This document shows, one piece after another, positions 1-8,150 of a stretch of DNA of 64,000 bases. Source of the DNA: Acidobacteriota bacterium (GTDB taxonomy: Bacteria > Acidobacteriota > Holophagae > Acanthopleuribacterales > Acanthopleuribacteraceae); assembly GCA_002747255.1 (NCBI GenBank), contig PDUC01000036.1, positions 16,732-80,731 on the forward strand, given 5' to 3'. Position numbers and translations under genes: made by a program. The first letter of the stretch is position 1. Every line of letters begins with the position of its first letter. A model generated the notes under the pieces. The model saw only the letters and a program-made list of their open reading frames with translations, was not told the DNA's origin and searched no databases.

Positions 1-83
1 TTGGGGCATTCTCTGTGGAGACTATTACGTAAAAGCAAAATATTAAACTTAACAAATTCTCACCTTCTTCCTTTTTTAAAAAA

Positions 84-114
84 AAGGATAGATTGCATGT
101 TACAACCTATCCTT
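84..114 (-). terminator. possible rho-independent terminator after the 165..3065 gene
   Basis: 8-bp stem AAGGATAG/CTATCCTT (84-91 / 107-114) with a 15-nt loop. On the minus strand it is followed by a T-run (complement of the A-run at 78-83). The stem is short and AT-rich. Confidence 0.4.
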
Positions 115-164
115 ATGTAGAATTATACTATGTTGTTAAAAGCGTGTTTAGGTAAATTGCTCTT

Positions 165-3065
165 TTAGTTACATACACTGGGTAACAGTATAATTAAGCT
201 TTGTAGCGTGGTGCCCTCTGGCTCTCTCCATTCAGAAGCAAATTCGTGGAACTCACTCCATGAAAGCTGCTCGCCGCTTCTATGCAATTCCATATATCGA
301 ACCGTTCCCTCCTCGTTCGTAACTTTGACATAAAAGGCGTCTGTAAATGCGCCCGTCTGAGTGTTTGAACTCGGAAGTAAATTGATCGGATCCGTTGTGC
401 TGAACTCATCATTGTAAATAGCCTCAATATCATTGTACCATTTGATGGAACTGATTGAATCTATATCGGAAAACTCAAGATAGGCCGTATCACAGCTGCT
501 GACAATTCTACTTTCTACATTGAATAAATTATCCGTCGCGGTAACTTCTTTACTGAGTATTTTCCAATCATTCAAAATCCAGTTGAAGTTGCTGTTTATC
601 GCGACTTCATCGGGGTTTTCGGCAAATATTCTGAGCTCTATCTGGTCGCATGCCGGGAACTGCACCTCTTCTTTGGTCAGGGGATCATCATTGCCATAAC
701 TGGTTGGTTCCGTCCAAACGTGCTCATCGTAGTAGGATAGCAGACTGTTTTGCTGACCGGCATATCCTAAATCGTAAAATGGAAATTGGTTGTAATCAAA
801 GTTACCTAAATTGTCAGGATCCTCGTTGATATTCAACCAGGGGCCTGGAGTCTGATTGTTAATCACACGATACTCCAGGGATCCGCCAAAATTCCAATTG
901 GCATAAAAATGACGAATTTGTTCAATCTCAATGGATAAATGTTGAGAGTAAGCAATGGGATCCGAATACAGATAGTACACAGGAATTCCACTGCTCCTAT
1001 CCGACAACGGAGCCAATTTACATTCATACCGCTGCATTTGAGCATTCCATCTCCATCCGTAAATACCCTCGGGATCAGCTGTTGGGTTGGAAGAGCCTTC
1101 CTGAATAAGAGTAGAAGGAACAACTTTGGGATCGTTATCACTGTATTTGGGTGTCAACTCTTGAAAATCGAGACGGTTAATATACGCGAAATCATGATCC
1201 AAAAAAGAAGGCGCTGTTTGGTTAAACTTTGCTTGCGCTATTTCCTCTTTGAGGTATAGAAGAGACAAAACCCCTTCCTCCATTTTTTCAAACCCGAAAA
1301 GGAGCAGCAAGGGTTCATCATCACGAAAATCATTAAAAGGACGAGCCTTGATAAGTTCGTACATGTAAAGCGTATTGCTTTTCGGCAACCTGATCACAGG
1401 CGTACCGATAAGAGATGCATCGTTTTCCAGAGTTCCCAGATACCCGCCTTCACCAATAATACCTGAAGAATTAGCCAAGCCAGCGAAGTCACTCTCGCTA
1501 AAGACTTTGTGCATTTGGCCATGCATGAGAACATAGGAGTTTTGCGTCGACACATAGCCGTGGTAGTAAAGGCCGGTATCGGCTTGAGCCATGTCAACGG
1601 AAATAACTTCGCCCTGATCAAAGAAGAAGTCCAATTCCTGGTTAGATCCAGGGTTGAGAACTTCCTCTGTCAAAGCCCAGTTAGACAGCTCCATAGGCCT
1701 TTCGAAAACAGCCTCTACACTGGCAAGAGCTTCCAATTCGCTTCCGTTCCCGTATCGGATATTGGCACGCACGGTAATATCAGAAGCATCCACTGTAGCA
1801 ATGCTGAACTCACCGCTCTGTGTCAGATTGAAAGTCGTCGTGAACTCAGCGAGAGAACTGGTGCGAATGCCCCGGTTATCTTCAACTACCCAATCAATTT
1901 CAAAACCGCTCTTCAAGAAGTCTGAAGGTGTATGTAGTTCTGCCTGAATATAAGTCATTCCATCTGTGGCATCTTTTACCCTCAGAGATAGTTTTGCTTC
2001 GTCGAAAGCGGCAACCTCTGCACTGAAAAAATCATCTGCGGAAGCCACATCGCATGAAATACTGGTACCCCTGAAGAGCCTGGCAGATCGAACAATAAAA
2101 CCCTGCCCACTTACGAAATACATCCTGTACGGCCCCCCGGATGAATAATTGAAATCACTCCATAGCGGACCATTGCAAGAACCGGAACCCAGCAGTTCCC
2201 CATCTGTTACTTCGAAAATATTGATACCCGCTCCTTCATCCTCCAAGCTCCCTGCGCCACCGAGTACTGCCTGATCCACTTCAATGGTTTCACCGTCATC
2301 CTGAATAAAGACCGTGCCCTCATATTGAGTTAAATATGCTGATCCTTGATGCGCAAGAATAACTTCGCACTCTGAAGAAATGGGATATCTGAAGTAACTG
2401 ACATTGTTCCAGGGTGAACCAGGAGAGCTGGCATTCCAGTCCAACCACAAAAAGACACGATCACTCGAGGTTAATGTCTCAGCAACAACTGATGTAAGAT
2501 TTTGAGCCTGAGTAAACGCTGAAAAAACTTGAGGCCCTAGATAAAACGACAATTCATCACTTAAAATAACGGAGGTTCCGGGATTTCTTAAAAAGTTGAG
2601 CTGGTCGCTCTGAGGGTCACATTCAAAAGGATCTTCATAACCGACGATGTCCAGAGAAAGTGAAAAATTAAAAATTTCCTGGCCGTTACAAACAGAAGTA
2701 GCACCGGCATTGCAAAAATCACTTCCCGGTATATTTAATACATGTACCGCAAAATCCACTTGTATGGGAACCACCGACGAAGAATTAACAGGTATGGTTT
2801 GCCAACCGGACAAGTTGGTAATGACCACATGCTCATCTGTCAAACATTCGGGAGGTAACAATGTGAACTTGCCAATTCCTGAAGGCCGATTCGTCGAACC
2901 ATCGTAATAAACCTGATACCTGACAAGCTTGGTTTGATTCATGGAAAGGACATCTGCCCCGTCACCATTAAGAATTTGTTTACTATGGACGACAAACCCG
3001 TCAGCAATTGCATTCGCACAAAACAATGGAATAATAATTAATAAAAGTAACAAACGATATTTCAT
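165..3065 (-). CDS. large secreted protein, 966 aa, no domain recognised
   Basis: The ORF track gives 165..3122. I prefer the ATG at 3065. MKYRLLLLLIIIPLFCANAIADG is a Sec signal peptide, GAGGTG lies 5 nt upstream, and a -24/-12 promoter (3091-3106) lies inside the longer ORF. No motif could be assigned by eye. Confidence 0.8.
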   Translation of the reverse strand: MKYRLLLLLIIIPLFCANAIADGFVVHSKQILNGDGADVLSMNQTKLVRYQVYYDGSTNRPSGIGKFTLLPPECLTDEHVVITNLSGWQTIPVNSSSVVPIQVDFAVHVLNIPGSDFCNAGATSVCNGQEIFNFSLSLDIVGYEDPFECDPQSDQLNFLRNPGTSVILSDELSFYLGPQVFSAFTQAQNLTSVVAETLTSSDRVFLWLDWNASSPGSPWNNVSYFRYPISSECEVILAHQGSAYLTQYEGTVFIQDDGETIEVDQAVLGGAGSLEDEGAGINIFEVTDGELLGSGSCNGPLWSDFNYSSGGPYRMYFVSGQGFIVRSARLFRGTSISCDVASADDFFSAEVAAFDEAKLSLRVKDATDGMTYIQAELHTPSDFLKSGFEIDWVVEDNRGIRTSSLAEFTTTFNLTQSGEFSIATVDASDITVRANIRYGNGSELEALASVEAVFERPMELSNWALTEEVLNPGSNQELDFFFDQGEVISVDMAQADTGLYYHGYVSTQNSYVLMHGQMHKVFSESDFAGLANSSGIIGEGGYLGTLENDASLIGTPVIRLPKSNTLYMYELIKARPFNDFRDDEPLLLLFGFEKMEEGVLSLLYLKEEIAQAKFNQTAPSFLDHDFAYINRLDFQELTPKYSDNDPKVVPSTLIQEGSSNPTADPEGIYGWRWNAQMQRYECKLAPLSDRSSGIPVYYLYSDPIAYSQHLSIEIEQIRHFYANWNFGGSLEYRVINNQTPGPWLNINEDPDNLGNFDYNQFPFYDLGYAGQQNSLLSYYDEHVWTEPTSYGNDDPLTKEEVQFPACDQIELRIFAENPDEVAINSNFNWILNDWKILSKEVTATDNLFNVESRIVSSCDTAYLEFSDIDSISSIKWYNDIEAIYNDEFSTTDPINLLPSSNTQTGAFTDAFYVKVTNEEGTVRYMELHRSGEQLSWSEFHEFASEWREPEGTTLQSLIILLPSVCN

Positions 3066-3090
3066 TACACACCTCACTGGGCGAACTGTA

Positions 3091-3106
3091 AGCATGTTTT
3101 GTGCCA
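3091..3106 (-). promoter_or_regulatory. sigma-54 (-24/-12) promoter for the 165..3065 gene
   Basis: The minus strand reads TGGCAC-AAAAC-ATGCT. GG and GC have the canonical 10-nt separation (consensus TGGCAC-N5-TTGCW). It lies about 26 nt upstream of the ATG at 3065. Confidence 0.6.
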
Positions 3107-3236
3107 AAGCAATAATCCGCAAAAACGCACCGTCCAGCTGCTGTGAAACCGAAATTCCGGCTCGAATGCAAAACGCTCTTTTAACATCTCTTTACATTAC
3201 ATCACATAAAATATACATTTAGCTTTTTAAAAACAC

Positions 3237-3284
3237 AAACACGGGTCTGTTGTCTCGTTTCAGCGAGACAACAGACCCGTGTTT
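3237..3284 (-). terminator. strong rho-independent terminator ending the 7683->3305 operon
   Basis: Perfect 21-bp inverted repeat AAACACGGGTCTGTTGTCTCG / CGAGACAACAGACCCGTGTTT with a 6-nt loop. On the minus strand it is followed by GTGTTTTTAAAAAG. It lies 20 nt after the stop at 3305. Confidence 0.8.
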
Positions 3285-3304
3285 GCTTAATCAAAAAAAG
3301 AAAA

Positions 3305-3814
3305 CTAAAAAGGAAGACCCTTTTTATCTATTTTGTGTTCTTTAAACAGCACCCACTTTTCGCCCTCTTTGATCCAGTTTTGTTTTAATGGCATTTGATT
3401 GAATACAAACATACCATGCTGAGCATGTACATGTACCTTTATATTGAAACCGTTATCGTTCTCTTTGGTGGCTTTCTTGATTTCCACCTTTTGTATTTTA
3501 AGTGTCTCTGCCTGCAAATACTCTTTAATCGGAATGTTTTTCCGATAAAGTTCACAGAGCATTTGATAACAGGTAATGAAGTCCTCTTCAATGTAACTGA
3601 TCCAATACTGCTTAACAGCCAAAGCCAACTCACTGTCAATAGCTTCAATCAGGCCAACACCTTTGACGTACTGTTCTTTACTGTCTTTGTCAACCTCAAC
3701 TGGCTTATCATTCCCAGCCACAAGAAGGGAGCTTGCACCAGCAATTAAAATAAATAAAAAAGCCAAACTCAATTTGTTTTTGTTACCAAGCATACTTGCT
3801 CTCCTTTTCTTCAA
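3305..3814 (-). CDS. small secreted protein, unknown function
   Basis: Hydrophobic N-terminus LSLAFLFILIAGASSLLVAG. It overlaps the upstream gene (alternative ATG at 3793). It is the last gene of a four-gene operon. An NTF2-like fold is only a guess. Confidence 0.6.
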   Translation of the reverse strand: MKKRRASMLGNKNKLSLAFLFILIAGASSLLVAGNDKPVEVDKDSKEQYVKGVGLIEAIDSELALAVKQYWISYIEEDFITCYQMLCELYRKNIPIKEYLQAETLKIQKVEIKKATKENDNGFNIKVHVHAQHGMFVFNQMPLKQNWIKEGEKWVLFKEHKIDKKGLPF

Positions 3815-4538
3815 TTAGCTTTTCAAATCGATCCAGACCGTCCAGATATACCTTGCCCCATGAACTGTCTTTAAATTGTAAGCGGTTGTAAATCTTTTTT
3901 AAATGACCGTGCCCAAAGTAAATCCGTAGATAAAGAATCTTGAAAAAAAGTTTCTTTTTTTCAACTTCATCAGTCGTTTCATCTAATTTATCGATTAACA
4001 CCTTTCCCACAGCTTTTTCCAAATCAGAAATCTTGTAAAACAACCCAAGCAATCCGTTAACCTGCATATCATCTGGCCGTTGTATTCTTGAATCAAAAAG
4101 CCTTCCCATTGCCTGATCCCGATAACCGAGATAAAACAAGACAGCACAAGCGCCACAGTATTTTTTGGAGTCATAGTTTTTTGCAACTTCACTTTTAAAT
4201 TTACTCAATTGAGATTGAAGATGTATGTGTCTGTCATGGTATTTTTTTTCCAATTCGCCGTTGTGATACAGGCCCTTGTCTTTCAGTGCTAAATATAAAG
4301 CTTCTGAGTAGACGATATGAGCACAGTCATAGAGGTAATTGAGGACGCTTTCAATTGAATCTGTTTTCCCTTCTGCTAACTCATCAAGTGCATCATAGGA
4401 TAAGTCTGAGAACTTTGTGGCTTCCTTAAGGAGAAGTCGAACCCTGGGATCATTTTCTAACTGTTCTAGCGCCGATTGGTTTGCAGGAAGCAACTGAAAC
4501 CACAATAAAAAAGAGATGATTACACCCGCCCCACTCAT
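3783..4538 (-). CDS. secreted, predicted helical protein, unknown function
   Basis: 251-aa ORF with a signal-like N-terminus (VIISFLLWFQLLPANQSA). Its ATG overlaps the upstream stop (ATGA at 4535-4538), indicating translational coupling. Confidence 0.6.
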   Translation of the reverse strand: MSGAGVIISFLLWFQLLPANQSALEQLENDPRVRLLLKEATKFSDLSYDALDELAEGKTDSIESVLNYLYDCAHIVYSEALYLALKDKGLYHNGELEKKYHDRHIHLQSQLSKFKSEVAKNYDSKKYCGACAVLFYLGYRDQAMGRLFDSRIQRPDDMQVNGLLGLFYKISDLEKAVGKVLIDKLDETTDEVEKKKLFFKILYLRIYFGHGHLKKIYNRLQFKDSSWGKVYLDGLDRFEKLIEEKESKYAW

Positions 4539-5251
4539 TTTTTTTCATCCTTCTTCATGACATATCTCTTTTTCGGCATATAGCCATCTTTTTCGAGATT
4601 CCTCAGTGAATTTTCTATTTCATTGAATACTTTATTGACTTCCTCAAAATCGCCTCTGCTGGAGTACAAAAGTTGCCGTCTATTGTCAATAATGTAATAG
4701 GAATTCATTCCATAGACTTTAAAGGCAGACCTAAAAGAATCGTTATAATCATAATACAAATTTTTAGGAATTTTGATGTTATTAGCTTGAAGCTTTTCTA
4801 GTGTTTTGGAAAAAAGCTCTATGGAATTACCACTTAAATCATAAAAGATACTTATCAGGTTAATACCAGGATGGTCACTGTATCGATTCTGTTCTTCAAT
4901 AAATCGCTGCCAAACTTTATCTCTTTTGATTCCATTGAAGCTCCAATATTGTATCAGCGTCACACGATCGAGCTTTGGAACAACAATCTCTCCCGATTTA
5001 TTCATAAAGCTGAATTGGTCGAAACTGACAGCCGATTCCTCTTTATAGGGAATGATCACTCTCTTCCCAACCTCTTCCATTCCGATAATCTCGCCTTCGG
5101 TTTCTGTTCCGTCAGCGTTTTTTAATTTAACTTTTAATTCGGGTAGCACATTTACATTCTTTTTTTCACTTTGGCCTTTCACCGTAACAGCTGCCAGACC
5201 GCATACTAAAAATAAGGCAACGGCTAAATATCTTAAAAATTTAACACTCAT
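4535..5251 (-). CDS. periplasmic thioredoxin-fold (TlpA/redoxin-like) protein lacking the CxxC motif
   Basis: Signal peptide LAVALFLVCGLAAVTVKG. The pattern TLIQYWSFNGIKRDK ... FKVYGMNSYYIIDNRRQLLYSSRG follows the redoxin layout, but W-S-F-N-G replaces W-C-x-x-C. There is an ATGA overlap with the upstream gene. Confidence 0.45.
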   Translation of the reverse strand: MSVKFLRYLAVALFLVCGLAAVTVKGQSEKKNVNVLPELKVKLKNADGTETEGEIIGMEEVGKRVIIPYKEESAVSFDQFSFMNKSGEIVVPKLDRVTLIQYWSFNGIKRDKVWQRFIEEQNRYSDHPGINLISIFYDLSGNSIELFSKTLEKLQANNIKIPKNLYYDYNDSFRSAFKVYGMNSYYIIDNRRQLLYSSRGDFEEVNKVFNEIENSLRNLEKDGYMPKKRYVMKKDEKK

Positions 5252-7683
5252 TTAATTAACTCCATAACATCATACGTCCTTGTCTTGTTTTTTGCAATTA
5301 TACTTTCGTCCAGTTTCAAATAGGGTAAAGGGCTCTTAGATACATATTTCCGATCCGCGTTATGCCTTGTTTTGTAGTATTGCACATAGACTTCCTCCGG
5401 CATTTTGACCATGAAGTGCGAAATATTGGCCAGGTCACCCTCGACTATTCCGTTTTCTAAAATTTGACTCATTGAAAAAACACCTGACGAGTATGCAGCC
5501 AACGGATTTCCAAGCTCCGTATTAAACCTGCCAAGTCGGTTGCCGTTTGAGTCATATGCCGAAAAAAGGACGTGTTGAAAGCGATTTGTGCGATTAATCA
5601 CCTCAAAACTGCCATTTTCCTGGAAAGGCCAGACCGAACACTCCTTCATATCAATTAATTTACTGATAAAAAAGTCTCCCGATACGATCGATTCGTTATA
5701 GGAGGCATGGACTTCGATACCTACAATTGGATACTGACTGAACATATTTAGGTAATCCCCTTGTTCAGGTTGATAACCGTCCAGCAAATTCAAGGCCAGG
5801 TTCAGGTGTTTTTGTCTTGGTTCCAGAAAAAATGAGCCTTTTGTCTTTTCGTATCCATTTTTGTCGATGACTTTGTACATAATTTGATTTTCTACCTCAG
5901 ATGTATTGACAATCGCCAATCCGTTCCACCCTGTTTCGGCAGAATAAATTTGCGAAACGTAAAACTCACCAAAACACTCTCGGTAGTCATTGAGAGCGTA
6001 AGAAATGACCTGATTAAGGCCGGTTTGATAGAATTCCACTTCACTTTGAAACTTTCTGCCATCTACTTCTCTAAGTGAGAACCAATAGCCCACAGGTGGC
6101 AGAGTCTTGTTGACAAAGGTGGAAACAGGATAAACACCTACCCCGCCTTCCACAAAAAACCTTTCTTTTCTTACCTCATCTCCGTCTTTATCGTAGATAG
6201 TTAACTCAAAGTTCATTATCGGCGTGTCACCGTGAATTCGCAACTCCGTCTCCCAGCCGTAAAGGTGGGCAATATGGGGGAAATATCTCGTTGTACTATT
6301 TTGTAACTCTCTAGAATAATAGGGTGTTGTAGCTTCGTCTTCCAAGCCGTAGAACTGCACAATTGTGGAATCAAAATAGGGCTTACAACCCTCGACAACC
6401 ACTTCTTTCGTACTAATCGAGCCAAACGGAGCCAGTGTGGATGTTTTTTCGCCATTTTGATATGGGATAGACTTTTCTGAAAAATTGACAACTACACCCA
6501 TTCTTTCGTCCTGCAAGTACATACTGTTGTCCGGCAGACGTACGATATAGAAGCTGGGTTCTGCACTTCCACTGGTAAGGTGAAGCACATATTCACCGTC
6601 AACCAGATCAGAAGAAGCAATTTCCGTATTTCCTTCGCCGTTTAACAAAACTTCTCCTGTAGTTGGATTGAGAAGCTCCCAGACCACACTGGATCCTGAA
6701 TAATTCACCAGTTCAACAGATTCCGGCAGGCCACCTACGACCCGAAATGAATAATAATCAGCATCGCCATCACGGGTACAACCAAGTGTAATTTGATTTT
6801 TCAACTGGAATGCTTGACTTATTTCACCATTGGGCTCCTGGTAATCAACATTGGAATACACATCCTCAGAAGACGCATCCATGAAGGCTTTTACATTTTC
6901 ATAAGTAAGGAATCTGTTACTGTGTAGATCCCAACGACTTATAAAATAAGGAACCCCGGGAAGCCAGGCGAATTCGGGATATGTATCGCTCACCCATTCA
7001 TATTCATCGTCGCCTGAAATAGTGTACTTCACATCAACAATGTAGAAAGGAACCAGTGTTAATTCCAGCTGGGCAGACATCGACATTGGCAAAGTCAAAA
7101 TGAGTTTGACGGTAACAAGCTGATTCCCATTGCCATCGGAACCTCTGGACATCGCATATCCTGACACTGGATAGTTCCATTTTTCATCACCATTACCCAT
7201 ATCTAATATGATGTTATTCCCTCTCATCAGGAAAGTCTCAACAATGGAATTAAAACCCCTGGCTGTGAGCCCACCTGCACCGAAAGGTATGATGTTGTCA
7301 TCGGATCGGGTGACTGATAGCAGTGCTCTCATTTCCGGTTGCATCAATTTCATACCATTGGTAACAACTGCTTCTGGATCATCAAAAAGAATTGAAGCGG
7401 CTGCCCAGCCATCACAGTTTCCATACCAGTGAGGCGCTGTTGCATCAACTAAATATCTCTCCTCGTAATCACAGGCATTGGGTGAGAGACCCATAAGTCC
7501 TGTCATACTGAGTTTTGCAAGAGGACCTGGATAACCAAAAAAGCCCTCGCCCTTAACCATGATATTCTCTGATAAAGGCAACCAATCGCCTGTCCACGCA
7601 ATTTTGTCAAAATAGATGTCTTGACTGAAAACGCCCAGAGTCGAAAAAAGAAACAACACAGCTATCTTATAATCTTTTGTCAT
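5248..7683 (-). CDS. 811-aa secreted protein: N-terminal GP42-like (transglutaminase-elicitor-like) Cys domain plus repeated beta-sandwich-like modules
   Basis: GGAGG Shine-Dalgarno and a signal peptide IAVLFLFSTLGVFSQ. Motif HWYGNCDGWAAAS (Cys90, nt 7414-7416). KWNYPVSGY (nt 7156-7179) resembles the Pep-13 core WNQPVRGF. The C-terminal half carries three modules of the type W-x-[TG]-x-h-x-h-x-N ... YD-x-[DN]-G. Confidence 0.75.
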   Translation of the reverse strand: MTKDYKIAVLFLFSTLGVFSQDIYFDKIAWTGDWLPLSENIMVKGEGFFGYPGPLAKLSMTGLMGLSPNACDYEERYLVDATAPHWYGNCDGWAAASILFDDPEAVVTNGMKLMQPEMRALLSVTRSDDNIIPFGAGGLTARGFNSIVETFLMRGNNIILDMGNGDEKWNYPVSGYAMSRGSDGNGNQLVTVKLILTLPMSMSAQLELTLVPFYIVDVKYTISGDDEYEWVSDTYPEFAWLPGVPYFISRWDLHSNRFLTYENVKAFMDASSEDVYSNVDYQEPNGEISQAFQLKNQITLGCTRDGDADYYSFRVVGGLPESVELVNYSGSSVVWELLNPTTGEVLLNGEGNTEIASSDLVDGEYVLHLTSGSAEPSFYIVRLPDNSMYLQDERMGVVVNFSEKSIPYQNGEKTSTLAPFGSISTKEVVVEGCKPYFDSTIVQFYGLEDEATTPYYSRELQNSTTRYFPHIAHLYGWETELRIHGDTPIMNFELTIYDKDGDEVRKERFFVEGGVGVYPVSTFVNKTLPPVGYWFSLREVDGRKFQSEVEFYQTGLNQVISYALNDYRECFGEFYVSQIYSAETGWNGLAIVNTSEVENQIMYKVIDKNGYEKTKGSFFLEPRQKHLNLALNLLDGYQPEQGDYLNMFSQYPIVGIEVHASYNESIVSGDFFISKLIDMKECSVWPFQENGSFEVINRTNRFQHVLFSAYDSNGNRLGRFNTELGNPLAAYSSGVFSMSQILENGIVEGDLANISHFMVKMPEEVYVQYYKTRHNADRKYVSKSPLPYLKLDESIIAKNKTRTYDVMELIK

Positions 7684-8054
7684 TTTGTTACCTCCATCTT
7701 TTTTGTCATTACTATTTCATTCAGCAAGAATCATGCAAACATCTTGATAGTCTGGCATATAAATTGTTTCGGCCATTTAAATAGTACTGGATCATTTGCC
7801 GTATTCACCCGCTCTAAAACCCTGTTAACGGTAGATGCATTCGTCAAGAAAACAGAAATCTTTCATTGTTGATTGTAATAGTTGCAGCCTTTTTTTGACT
7901 CCACCCCATTTACCATACCGAATCACACAACATCTGGAACTTGTTTGATTCTATCTTCTACAACTTGCACTCATTCGCACATTTTTCATCCAGAAATGAT
8001 CATTTCCTCAAAACATCTTCACGCAATAAAACTCAACCGGGTCAAAAAAAGCTT

Positions 8055-8092
8055 GGGCCTTCCATTTCATGTTTTCACTCAATGGAAGGCCC
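8055..8092 (-). terminator. rho-independent (bidirectional-looking) terminator after the 8151..10238 gene
   Basis: 12-bp stem GGGCCTTCCATT / AATGGAAGGCCC with a 14-nt loop. It is flanked by an A-run (8044-8050) and a T-run (8093-8098), so a T-tract follows the hairpin on both strands. Confidence 0.8.
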
Positions 8093-8150
8093 TTTTTTCA
8101 TCCTATTTTTTCAAAAGAAAAACTAAGACTTGTTTAAAAGAATCATCAAA

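Noticed and set aside
3066-3122. N-terminal extensions in the ORF track: 165..3122, 15526..17064, 21223..21714, 36255..37499, 20390..20968, 54247..54933, and the GTG at 47751.
   Set aside because: In each case an internal ATG begins a clean signal peptide or conserved N-terminus and has a better Shine-Dalgarno. The extension either overlaps the neighbouring gene or contains the gene's own promoter.
3237-3284. The 21-bp perfect hairpin as a REP/MITE-like dispersed repeat.
   Set aside because: Only one copy is in the window. Its position and following T-tract fit a normal intrinsic terminator. Its possible second role as an enhancer half-site carrier is listed under findings with caveats.
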